64,000 nucleotides of DNA from an uncultured Acidobacteriota bacterium (lineage in GTDB: Bacteria > Acidobacteriota > Vicinamibacteria > Vicinamibacterales > SCN-69-37). Location: NCBI GenBank assembly GCA_963798795.1, contig CAWCUZ010000002.1, positions 11,169-75,168 of the forward strand, given 5' to 3'. The notes under the pieces were generated by a model that was not told the DNA's origin, ran no database searches, and saw only the letters and a list, made by a program, of their open reading frames with translations. This document shows, piece by piece, positions 37,136 to 45,450 of this stretch. Numbering within the stretch: position 1 is the first letter of the stretch; the number at the start of each line of letters is the position of its first letter. The translations under genes and the position numbers were made by a program.

Positions 37136-39156
37136 TGGGCTGGGCGCGAGCGCACGGCACCCGCCCGCACCAGCGGGCGGACCGGCACGAGGGCCTGGTG
37201 ACGCTGACGCGAGCGTCGATCGAGCACCACCACGCCGAGCGTGGCCAGGACGATTCGCGCGTCGAACCTGAGCGACCGGCGCTTGATGTAGTAGAGATCG
37301 TAGCGCATCTTTTCGGTTTCCTCCTCGAGGCCGTTCGCGTATCCGAAGCGCACCTGCGCCCAGCCCGTCACACCCGGACGCACGGTCGCGCGCAGCCCGT
37401 AGTACGGAATGTTCTCGAGGAAGAGCTGGTAGTTCGAAACCGGGTGCGGACGCGGTCCCACCAGGGACATCTGTCCGCGGATCACATTGAGCAGCTGCGG
37501 CAGTTCATCCAGGCGAAACCGCCGCAACCACCGGCCGACTCGGGTGATCCGATCTTCGTTGTCAATCACCCATTCGGAGGCCGGCGGCTCGTCGCTGCGC
37601 ATCGTGCGGAACTTGATGAGCGGGAATGGCCGGCCGCCCAGGCCCACCCGGTCCTGCACGAACAGGACGGGGCCGGACGAATCCAGCTTGATGGCGAGTG
37701 CGAACAGCGCCAGGACGGGCGCCAGCAGCACCAGCGCCATGCCCGCGACCGCCACGGCACTGCCGCGGCGCACCGCCTGGCCGAGGCCGCGGGCGCTCCC
37801 GTCCGCCTGGCGGAAGCCATCGGAGAGGATCAGCGCGCTGGGCCGCAGCGACTCGATCGCCAGCTTGCCTGTCAGCCGTTCGTAAAACGAGACCGCTTCT
37901 TCCACCCCGATGCCGCGGAAGCGGGATTCGAGCAGCGTGGCCTCCGGCACACGGCCGCGCCGGTCCTGCATGGCAATCACGATCCGCGCGGGGCGCCGGG
38001 TGCGGATGATCTCGGCGAGCTGCTCGAGCGATCCGACGCACGCCGGGTCGGGCGATCCGCAGCGACCGTCGGCCGCATCGTCCACGAGACCGATCAGCCG
38101 GAACCGCCCGGCCGGGCGGTGTTCCAGTTCCTCGACGAGCTTCAGCGCCATCGCGCCGCGACCGAGGATGAGCACGCCCTCGGTGAAAGCGCCATGCCGC
38201 CGCGCCAGCGTGAACCCGGCACGCGTCAGCACGATGCCTCCGAGGAGGCCGAGCACGACCGCGGTCTCCCACCGCAGCGCGCCGGGGCTCGTCTGGCGCC
38301 ACGCGAGTGCGGCCAGCCCGGCCAGGACACCGCACGTCGCCGCTGCCCAAAATCCGCGAGTCATGCGCCCGATCACGTGTGAAGACATGGCCCGAAGTGA
38401 AGCAAAGACTAGGCCGTGGCACGCCGGTCCACTGAGCGGACATAGGACCGGAAGGTACTTTCGATAGTAGGACTGGTAATAGCCAAAAAACGGGCGATCG
38501 TCTCGATTGAAGACAAGACCGAGGACGGAGTTCGGCTCGAGCAGGTTGAGGGCCTCGCCGACCAGCTTGCGCGGCGTGGAATTCGCCCCGACCACCAGCA
38601 CGTAGCCGTCGACCGCGCGCCGGATGAGGCCGCCGTCGGGAACGGGCACGATCGGCGGCGTATCCACGATCACGTAGTCGTATCGCCGACGCGCTTCGGT
38701 CAACAGTTCCGGAAACCGCGGCGACGTCAACAGCTCGTACGTGTCGGACGCGCTGCCCGAACAGAGCACGACCGACAAGGCGGAGCCATCCACCGCCGAC
38801 TGGACGAAATCCTGCAGGTGCGCCGTCGGGTCCTGCAGCGCCTGGCCGAGGCCGCTCGTCGGGGCGCACTCGAGGCCGAGCTTCGACGCGACGGTGGGCT
38901 GCCGAAGGTCCGCATCGATGAGCAGGATTCGCGCCCCGCGCGCACGCGCGAGCGCGCCGGCGAAGTTGATGGCGGTCAGCGTCTTGCCGTCGCTCGCGAC
39001 CGGGCTCGTGACGGCAATGACACGGGCTTCCCGCGTCTGGTTCAGCTCTTCGATCCGCTGACGCAACCGGCGGTACTGCTCCGCCTCGAACGAGGTCGGG
39101 TCGAGAAACGTGACCAGGTGCTTGTCCATGCGGGGCCTGTCGTTGGCGAACAGCAT
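37132..39156 (-). CDS. Single ORF joining a BY-kinase (CpsD/EpsG-type tyrosine autokinase, aa ~1-235) to a large polyisoprenyl-phosphate sugar phosphotransferase (aa ~257-674)
   Basis: The kinase has Walker A (TSPVASDGKTL), A' (ILLIDADLRQP), Walker B (YDYVIVDTPP) and the Tyr cluster FFGYYQSYYRKY. There is no in-frame stop before MSSHVIGRMTRGFW (ATG 38388). The transferase part has 4 TM segments, a Rossmann-like domain and the bacterial sugar transferase core (LFVQDRVGLGGRPFPLIKFRTMR...RLDELPQLLNVIRGQMSLVGPRPH). The start at ATG 39156 has GGGGGAG upstream. Confidence 0.75.
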   Translation of the reverse strand: MLFANDRPRMDKHLVTFLDPTSFEAEQYRRLRQRIEELNQTREARVIAVTSPVASDGKTLTAINFAGALARARGARILLIDADLRQPTVASKLGLECAPTSGLGQALQDPTAHLQDFVQSAVDGSALSVVLCSGSASDTYELLTSPRFPELLTEARRRYDYVIVDTPPIVPVPDGGLIRRAVDGYVLVVGANSTPRKLVGEALNLLEPNSVLGLVFNRDDRPFFGYYQSYYRKYLPVLCPLSGPACHGLVFASLRAMSSHVIGRMTRGFWAAATCGVLAGLAALAWRQTSPGALRWETAVVLGLLGGIVLTRAGFTLARRHGAFTEGVLILGRGAMALKLVEELEHRPAGRFRLIGLVDDAADGRCGSPDPACVGSLEQLAEIIRTRRPARIVIAMQDRRGRVPEATLLESRFRGIGVEEAVSFYERLTGKLAIESLRPSALILSDGFRQADGSARGLGQAVRRGSAVAVAGMALVLLAPVLALFALAIKLDSSGPVLFVQDRVGLGGRPFPLIKFRTMRSDEPPASEWVIDNEDRITRVGRWLRRFRLDELPQLLNVIRGQMSLVGPRPHPVSNYQLFLENIPYYGLRATVRPGVTGWAQVRFGYANGLEEETEKMRYDLYYIKRRSLRFDARIVLATLGVVVLDRRSRQRHQALVPVRPLVRAGAVRSRPAQ

Positions 39157-39167
39157 CGCTCCCCCTG

Positions 39168-40712
39168 CTAGCCGAGCCGCAACAGCAGCCGCGTGATGCG
39201 TTCGCTGCCCTGCGCCAGTTGGAACGTGCTGGCGCCGAGCAGCACCAGCACGGCCGCGGCGGCTCCGGCCACGGCGGAGCCCAGCACGACGCGCCACACC
39301 GTGTCGCGCCGGGTCACGATGCGCGGAATGCTCGCCAGCACCGGCACGTGGGTGAACGCCCGCAGGTCATCGACGCTGTGGAACGAAGTGTCGAAGTAGT
39401 CCACCAGCAGCGCGGAACCGACACCCAGCACGAGGGCGCCGATGAGGGCGCAGAAGATCAGCAGATTGCGATTCGGGGCGGCGGGCCCGGTGGGCGCGAT
39501 CGCCGGATCGAGGATACGAAACTGCCGCCCGGTGAGGCCCATCTCGGCGCGCTCGGTGATCTGGGCCTGGTCGTATTGCTTCAGCAGCGAGTCGTAGTGC
39601 TCCCGGGCCGTCTGGTAGTCGCGCGTGACCGAATCGAATTCGATCGAGTGCATCGGCACCGCATCGATCAGCGTCTGCAACTGCTGGCTGTCCGTGCGGA
39701 GCTGAACGGCGGCCTGACGCAGCTTGTCGAGGCGCCCGTCGATGTTGGCGATCTCCTGCTCGAGCAGGTCCAGAGTCGTGGCCTGGTTGGCCGACGTCCC
39801 CGTGCCAGCGGCGTCGACCTGCTTCTTGATCTGCTCGATCTCGCGCTGTTTGGCGACGACGTTCGGGTTGTCGCGCGTCTGGGTGATCAGCAGATCCTCG
39901 AGCTCCTTCTGCGCCACCGCCAGACGCGTCTTCGGATCAAACGCATCAGTCCGCGGGTTGGCCCGCAGGTCGGCGACCCGGGCGCGCAGTCCGGCCTGCT
40001 GCTCCACCAGCCGGGTCTGCTCGCCGGCATTCTGCGACAGCTGGCTGTCGATGGCGCGCAGCTTCGACAAGTTCGCCTCGAGCTGCGTCGGCAGCATCCC
40101 ATCGTTGCGCTTCTGGTAGTCGAGCAGCCGCTGCTGCTGCTGGTCCAGTCGTTTCTTGGCGTCCTCGACTTCGCTTTTCAGGAAGTCGCTCGCTTTCGTC
40201 ACCTGTCGCGAACGCATGATTTCGTTCTGCTCGATGTAGAACGACGCGAGCTTGTTCGCAATCTGCGCGACCTTTGCCGGGTCACGGCCCAGATAGCTGA
40301 GCCGGAACGACACGGTGCTCACCCGGCCGGCCGAATCGGGCACGTTGGTCGGCTCGACACGGATTTCGCGCTGCACCTGATCGACGACCGCCGTCACCGG
40401 CATCTGCTGCCGCAACTCGGGATAGAGGTCGAACGTCTCGATGAGTTCGATCAGCCGCGACCGGCTCAGGGCTTCCTGCTTGATCGCCTGCAGGCGGCCG
40501 TCGACATCGTGCGCCGCACCGCCGGATCCGAGCAGGTCGGTGAACTGGCCCTCGACGATCAGATTGGCGCTCGCCTGATAGACGTTCGGAAGGCCCAGCG
40601 CGAATGGCACCGCGACGGCCAGGACCGTAATCGCGGCCAGCAGTCCGATCGTGCGGCGCCGGCGGAGCGCCTCGAGGGCGACGAGGAGAGTGGAGTGCCT
40701 GGAATCCGTCAT
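39168..40712 (-). CDS. Polysaccharide chain-length determinant (PCP/Wzz-GumC family, kinase-less)
   Basis: 514 aa with an N-terminal TM (LLAAITVLAVAVPFALGL), a long coiled-coil periplasmic region and a C-terminal TM pair (LLIFCALIGALVLGVGSALLV). It lies immediately upstream of the BY-kinase, as in split PCP-2b systems. Confidence 0.85.
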   Translation of the reverse strand: MTDSRHSTLLVALEALRRRRTIGLLAAITVLAVAVPFALGLPNVYQASANLIVEGQFTDLLGSGGAAHDVDGRLQAIKQEALSRSRLIELIETFDLYPELRQQMPVTAVVDQVQREIRVEPTNVPDSAGRVSTVSFRLSYLGRDPAKVAQIANKLASFYIEQNEIMRSRQVTKASDFLKSEVEDAKKRLDQQQQRLLDYQKRNDGMLPTQLEANLSKLRAIDSQLSQNAGEQTRLVEQQAGLRARVADLRANPRTDAFDPKTRLAVAQKELEDLLITQTRDNPNVVAKQREIEQIKKQVDAAGTGTSANQATTLDLLEQEIANIDGRLDKLRQAAVQLRTDSQQLQTLIDAVPMHSIEFDSVTRDYQTAREHYDSLLKQYDQAQITERAEMGLTGRQFRILDPAIAPTGPAAPNRNLLIFCALIGALVLGVGSALLVDYFDTSFHSVDDLRAFTHVPVLASIPRIVTRRDTVWRVVLGSAVAGAAAAVLVLLGASTFQLAQGSERITRLLLRLG

Positions 40713-40727
40713 GTGCCGACTCAGCCT

Positions 40728-41381
40728 CTAATACGGCACCACGATGATGTCGCCGCGCCGCACGCGAAAGTTGTCCTGAACCCGCCCTTCATTGATGACC
40801 TTGTCATAGTCGAACGGCACGCGGATGGACTTGCCGTTTTCCTCCCGCGCGACGTAGATCTTGTCCTTCTTGGCGAATTCGGTCAGTCCGCCGGCCAGCG
40901 CCAGCACCTCGAGCACCGTGGCGGAGCTGTGCAGATCGTAGCGCGACGGCGTTTTCACCGCCCCGATGACGGAGACTTTGAGGCTGTGAATCTCGCGGAC
41001 GATGACCGAGACCACGGGGTCCTCGTAGTACTTCGCGTACCCTTCGGCCAGCACGTCGCGCAACTGCGCCGGCGTCAAGCCGGCGGCCTTGACGTCGTTT
41101 ACCAGTACCAGAGAGACGTGACCGTCCGGCAACACGGGCACGATGCGGGTCAGGTTGTCGTTCTTCCACACCGAGATCTCGAGCACATCCTCCGGGCCGA
41201 TGACGTACTGGTCGCCGTCCGAGCGGGACGGCTCCGCCTGCTGGATCGCCGATGGGGACACGGGTCCCGCACCGGTTACCGCCTGCGACTCGGCCGCCGG
41301 GTCCGCCAGCGCAGCGGGCGGGGCCATCGCCAGGATCGCCAGGAGCGAAGCAATTGCGAATTGTCTCACATCTGTATTCAC
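40728..41381 (-). CDS. Short outer-membrane polysaccharide export (OPX, Wza-like) protein: Poly_export + one SLBB domain, without a C-terminal OM-spanning helix
   Basis: It carries the PES motif (YVIGPEDVLEISVW), an SLBB block (VSVIGAVKTPSRYDL...TVLEVLALAGGL) and a signal peptide. It is only ~217 aa. GTG 41381 overlaps the upstream TGA (GTGA). Confidence 0.82.
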   Translation of the reverse strand: MNTDVRQFAIASLLAILAMAPPAALADPAAESQAVTGAGPVSPSAIQQAEPSRSDGDQYVIGPEDVLEISVWKNDNLTRIVPVLPDGHVSLVLVNDVKAAGLTPAQLRDVLAEGYAKYYEDPVVSVIVREIHSLKVSVIGAVKTPSRYDLHSSATVLEVLALAGGLTEFAKKDKIYVAREENGKSIRVPFDYDKVINEGRVQDNFRVRRGDIIVVPY

Positions 41382-42586
41382 CGTACGCCTCCGAAATGCG
41401 GGCCCGTCAGCCGCGGTCGACCGGCCCAGTCCGGCGAAGCCGCCCGCGCGGGCCACGGCGTGAACGTCAGGCCGACCGCGATCACGTTGCGATGAAACGG
41501 CAGCGCCACCGCCTGCGCAGACCGCTCGTCGCGCTGGATGTTGAAGCTGTAGTTCGCCGTCACGGCCAGCATGTTGGCGAAGTACTTCTGGATGTCGCCT
41601 CCGACCTGATAAACCTGAATCGCGGAACCGGCAAACAGATTACGGTAGAACGCCGCGCGGGCCGATCCAGAAATTCCCCGCGGCGACTGGTGGGAGAACG
41701 AGCCCTCCACCCGCTGCACGTCAATCGTCCCCAGCAGCCCCGCGGCGCTCGTCTGGCTGCGGGTGTAGGCCAGGGCCAGCCCGTTGCGCGACCCCGGGCC
41801 CAGTTGCCGGAGGATCTGAGCCGTCACCTCCGGCCGGACCAGCCGGGTGCCATCGGTGAAGCTCGGCCCGCCCTCCAGCGTCAGGCTCATGACCCGCGTG
41901 ATCTGCCGGGTCCAGCCGAGCACGGCGCCCTGCGAAATCAGGGAAGAACCGCCGGTAAACGTGAAGCGCCGGATGAAATACCGGACGCGCAACTGGTCGC
42001 GCGTCGACAACGCCCGCGTGAGCGCCGCGCTGCCCTGGTTCGTCTGCGCCTGCAGACCGCTCGACACCGAATCGACCAGGAACGAATAACTGAACGCCAC
42101 GCCCATGCGTTGACTCACCCGGTGGGACCAGTCCGAACCCGCCGACCAGTGCCAGCTCGGGATGCGCGCCGTGGCCAGGCCCGTCGAGAGATTCACTTGG
42201 TACGGGAAGCGCGACGCGTCGTAGGACGTGGTCACACCGAAGGTCGTCCGCGTGGACGGCGTGTACGTGATCCGCCCGACCGCGCCCTGCCGCGCGTGCC
42301 CCGTCGTCAGATCCGGATGGTCCTGGTAGCGCTCGACGTCGAGGCTGTAGCTGCCAAAGAGGGCCAGCCGGGGCGTCGACCGGGAGGCATGAATCGAGGG
42401 CGTGATCCGCAGCACGGTGTCTGACGTGGCCGGGACGCGAATGAAGAGGTTGTCGTCGTAGGCCACCGACACCGTCACGGAAGGCTGAACGACGACCTGC
42501 GTCTGTCCCCACGCCACACCGCCCGCCAGCACGACGAGCGCCAGGGAACCGCACGCCCCGAACACGGCCTGCAGTGGTTTCAGCAT
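41378..42586 (-). CDS. Predicted outer-membrane beta-barrel protein (PEP-CTERM-locus-associated type)
   Basis: It has a signal peptide (MLKPLQAVFGACGSLALVVLAGGVAWG). The body is alternating-hydrophobic strands rich in Y/S/T/G/R. The last strand is aromatic-rich (NVIAVGLTFTPW). It sits directly upstream of the OPX gene. Confidence 0.62.
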   Translation of the reverse strand: MLKPLQAVFGACGSLALVVLAGGVAWGQTQVVVQPSVTVSVAYDDNLFIRVPATSDTVLRITPSIHASRSTPRLALFGSYSLDVERYQDHPDLTTGHARQGAVGRITYTPSTRTTFGVTTSYDASRFPYQVNLSTGLATARIPSWHWSAGSDWSHRVSQRMGVAFSYSFLVDSVSSGLQAQTNQGSAALTRALSTRDQLRVRYFIRRFTFTGGSSLISQGAVLGWTRQITRVMSLTLEGGPSFTDGTRLVRPEVTAQILRQLGPGSRNGLALAYTRSQTSAAGLLGTIDVQRVEGSFSHQSPRGISGSARAAFYRNLFAGSAIQVYQVGGDIQKYFANMLAVTANYSFNIQRDERSAQAVALPFHRNVIAVGLTFTPWPARAASPDWAGRPRLTGPHFGGVR

Positions 42587-42593
42587 GAGCACG

Positions 42594-43196
42594 TCAGAGC
42601 GCCACCACGGCGGCCGCATCGACTTCCACGACGACGCTGCGCTGGAGCAGCCGAATCTCCACCACGAACACTCCTTTGCCCGCCCGCTCGCGGACGAAAC
42701 GCCCCTCGAGCCCCTCGAGCGGCCCCCGCGCGATCCGGACCCGGTCGCCCTGGTGAATCGGCGTGCGCGCCGCCACCGGCAGCCCGGAGAGCACGATCTG
42801 CTGCAGCGCCTCGATCTCGGCGGCCGAAACGCGCGCGGGCCGGTCCCACCCGTCGCCCAGCACCCGCACGACGCCCCGGGCCTTGAGGACTTCGAGATGG
42901 GCGGCCTTGGTGAGCGCGCCGCGCACGAACAGGTAGCCCGTGAACAGCGGCACCTGAATCCGGCGGCGCTCCCGCGCGCGCGTGGACCAGGCGCCGATCA
43001 GCGGCAGGAACAGCTCGAACCCGCGCACGGCCAACTGGTCGTGCACGCGTTGCTCGAAATGGCTCCGGGTCCAGACGGCGTGCCACGGCGAGCCGGACAC
43101 CTCGGACCAGCCGGTTGGCGCCGCGGCGTCGACCCGCAGGTACGGGCTTCGCCCCTTTTCCTCTGCCTCGAGCGCAGTCGTCATCGTCATGGACAT
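42594..43196 (-). CDS. NusG-like transcription antiterminator paralog (NGN + KOW; UpxY/RfaH-like), first gene of the EPS locus
   Basis: The NGN block reads WHAVWTRSHFEQRVHDQLAVRGFELFLPL...VPLFTGYLFVR. The KOW block reads IHQGDRVRIARGPLEGLEGRFV. The start is one of ATG 43196, 43190 or 43184. Confidence 0.8.
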   Translation of the reverse strand: MSMTMTTALEAEEKGRSPYLRVDAAAPTGWSEVSGSPWHAVWTRSHFEQRVHDQLAVRGFELFLPLIGAWSTRARERRRIQVPLFTGYLFVRGALTKAAHLEVLKARGVVRVLGDGWDRPARVSAAEIEALQQIVLSGLPVAARTPIHQGDRVRIARGPLEGLEGRFVRERAGKGVFVVEIRLLQRSVVVEVDAAAVVAL

Positions 43197-43489
43197 GCAG
43201 TCCTGCCAGATCGCACTCGGGCCGGCGTTCAGGCCGGCCTGACAATTTCGTGCGCGCGTCAACAGCCCTGTTACCTTCAGCTGCCCGCCCGGTTAGCATC
43301 CGACATCCCCGCCTGCGGAACAATCGGGTGGCACCGTAGTTTTGAAAAGGAAAACCCCTAGCGCCTCCGGGAACTGCCGAAAATTGCGCGGAAGTTACCC
43401 CCGCGACCCGGCCACGGCGTTACGGTTTTGTCAGAGGTGTCGGCATCTTCAAACTCTCGCCGCCAATCAGTATGCTCTGACTGCGCTCG
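43197..43489. promoter_or_regulatory. Divergent promoter/leader region between the EPS locus (-) and a membrane-protein gene (+)
   Basis: This is a 293-bp non-coding gap, visibly less GC-rich than its flanks (ttttgaaaaggaaaacc, gaaaattgcg). It contains a 7-bp perfect hairpin, GGCCGGC-N6-GCCGGCC, at 43221-43240. I could not assign a specific -35/-10 promoter. Confidence 0.4.
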
Positions 43490-45413
43490 ATGAACAAGAT
43501 TTGGATCGCCAGGGCCGCCGACGCCCTCTTCTTCCTGTTCCTGGCTCTGGCATTCCTCGTGGACCTGACCGGAGGGTTCCGGCTGGGGTCCGGATGGACC
43601 CGGCTGTCGGCCCACGACCCGGCGCGACTGCTCGCCATTGCTGCCGCCATCGGGCTCCTGCGCCACGTCGCCGTCCGGCACCCGTCGCTTCGCGAACGGC
43701 TCGTCGCCCGGCGGCTCGCCAGAACGGGAGACCGACCGAGCGGCGGGTTTGCCGGTCCGTCGCGGCGCGAGTGGCTCCTCGCGGTGGCCCTGTTCCTGGC
43801 CGCCACGCTCTGGCTGCTGGGGCGCCAGGCGCTGGTTCTCAGCACCGTCCCCAACCGCGGCGATCCGCTCTTTTCGATGTGGCGGCTGGGCTGGATTGCG
43901 CACGCTCTGGCGACGGGCCCGCGGCACCTGTTCGACGCCAACATCTTTTATCCCGCGGCCGATACCCTCGCCTATTCCGATGCGACGCTCCTGCCTGGGC
44001 TGCTGGCCGCACCGCTGCTCTGGATCGGCGTTCCGCTCGCGGTCGCACACGGCGCGATCTTCGTTGCGACCTTCGTGCTGGCCGGGATCGGCATGTTCGC
44101 GCTCCTGCGAACCCTCACGGGTCGGACGGCACCCGGTCTGGTGGCGGGCCTGCTGTTCGCCTTCGCACCGTATCGCTTCTCGACGTACAGCCACCTGGAA
44201 ATGCAGGGGCTCTTCCTGATGCCGTTCGCGGTGCTCGCCCTGCTGACCGCACTCGACCGCGGTCGGACGATCAATGGGATCTGGCTGGGCCTCCTGATCG
44301 CCCTGCAGGTGCTGTGGTCCTTCTATCTCGGGGCGTATCTGATGGTCGGCCTCGCGGCCCTGGCGCTCGGACGCTGGCTGGGCGGCTGGTTCGCGTGGCG
44401 CCACCGCTGGCGACCACTGACGGCGGGCGCCCTGATTGCGGGGGCCGTGGCGGCGCCCTACTCCATTCCGGTACTGGACGGCGCGGCACACCGTGGGCGA
44501 ACGTCCTCGCGGCGAGGTGTTCAGCTACAGCGCGCAGCCGGGCGACTACGGCGCCGTGAACGAGATCAACCGCACGTGGGGCGGCGTCCTGCACCAGGAC
44601 GTGACGGCCGAACGCCAGTTGTTCCCCGGTGCGGCACCGATCGTCCTCGCCGTCGCCGCCCTCGTTCCGCCCGTCATGCCGGTTGCCGCGGCCGCCGGCG
44701 GCGGGCTGATCGTGGCCTTCGATGCCTCGCTCGGCCTGCACGGCGCGACGTTCGCGTGGCTCTACGATCTGGCGCCGCCGTTTCGCGCGTTCCGCGTGCC
44801 GGCCCGCTTCGGCGCCGTGGTCGCCGTGTTCCTGTCGCTGCTGGCGGGCCTCGGCTTCCACCGGTTGTGGGCGCCACGGCGGAGCCCGTGGATGCGGGCC
44901 GCCGCCGTCGGCATTGCGGCCTTCGGCGTCATCGAGCTTCGGCCGGACCTGACGCTGACCGCCATCTCACCGACGCCGCCTCCGGTGTACGCCGCGCTGG
45001 CCGCGGATCCGGGCGCGGTCATCGTCGACCTGCCGCTGCCCGATGACGACTCGCAGTTCTGGATCGACCCGACCTACCTGTACTACTCGACGTTCCACTG
45101 GCATCCGCTGCTCAACGGCTACAGCGGGTTCCTGCCGTCGTGGTATCCGCGGCTGGTCGTGGCTTCACGCGAGATGCCCGACGCGAACGCGCTCGACGAG
45201 TTCCGCCACGCCGGAGCCCGCTACCTCGTCCTGCACGAGGAGTTCTATGCGCAGAGCCGCTACGCCGAGATCGCCGCGTGGCTCGATCGGCAGCCGGGTG
45301 TGACCCTGGTCGCCCGCGGCGGCGGCGAACACGGAGCGACCCGTCTGTACCGTCTGGGAACCGCCCCAGCCGCCGGAGTGCCCGGCCGGTCGTCCAATCC
45401 GGCGGGCCGGTGA
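43490..45413 (+). pseudogene. Large integral membrane protein with a periplasmic C-terminal domain (GT-C/YfhO-like fold suspected), with one frameshift
   Basis: ORF 43490..45046 gives about 9-10 TM helices (...GDPLFSMWRLGWIAHAL...ANIFYPAADTLAYSDATLLPGLL...). Sense is lost at ~44466-44475 and resumes in ORF 44436..45413 (YWTARHTVGERPRGEVFSYSAQPGDY...HWHPLLNGYSGFLPSWY...). The family assignment is tentative. Confidence 0.55.
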
Positions 45414-45450
45414 TGATCGATCACCGGAATACGCTATTCTCGTCGCACGC

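Noticed and set aside
39219-41495. A 758-aa plus-strand ORF, together with similar long antisense ORFs at 7019..8248(-), 15750..16937(+), 17730..19781(+), 27391..28623(+), 31656..33656(+) and 45421..47760(-).
   Set aside because: All lie opposite genes with clear family signatures. All have shadow-frame composition (R/G/P/A/D-rich, with few K/I/F/Y/N).
43328-43345. A TGGCAC motif in the EPS/membrane-protein intergenic region, considered as a sigma-54 promoter.
   Set aside because: The -12 position reads TTTT rather than TTGC, so only half the element is present.
43197-43489. An ops/JUMPStart-like element (GGCGGTAG) for recruiting the NusG paralog.
   Set aside because: No match better than 5/8 was found on the transcribed strand of the leader.
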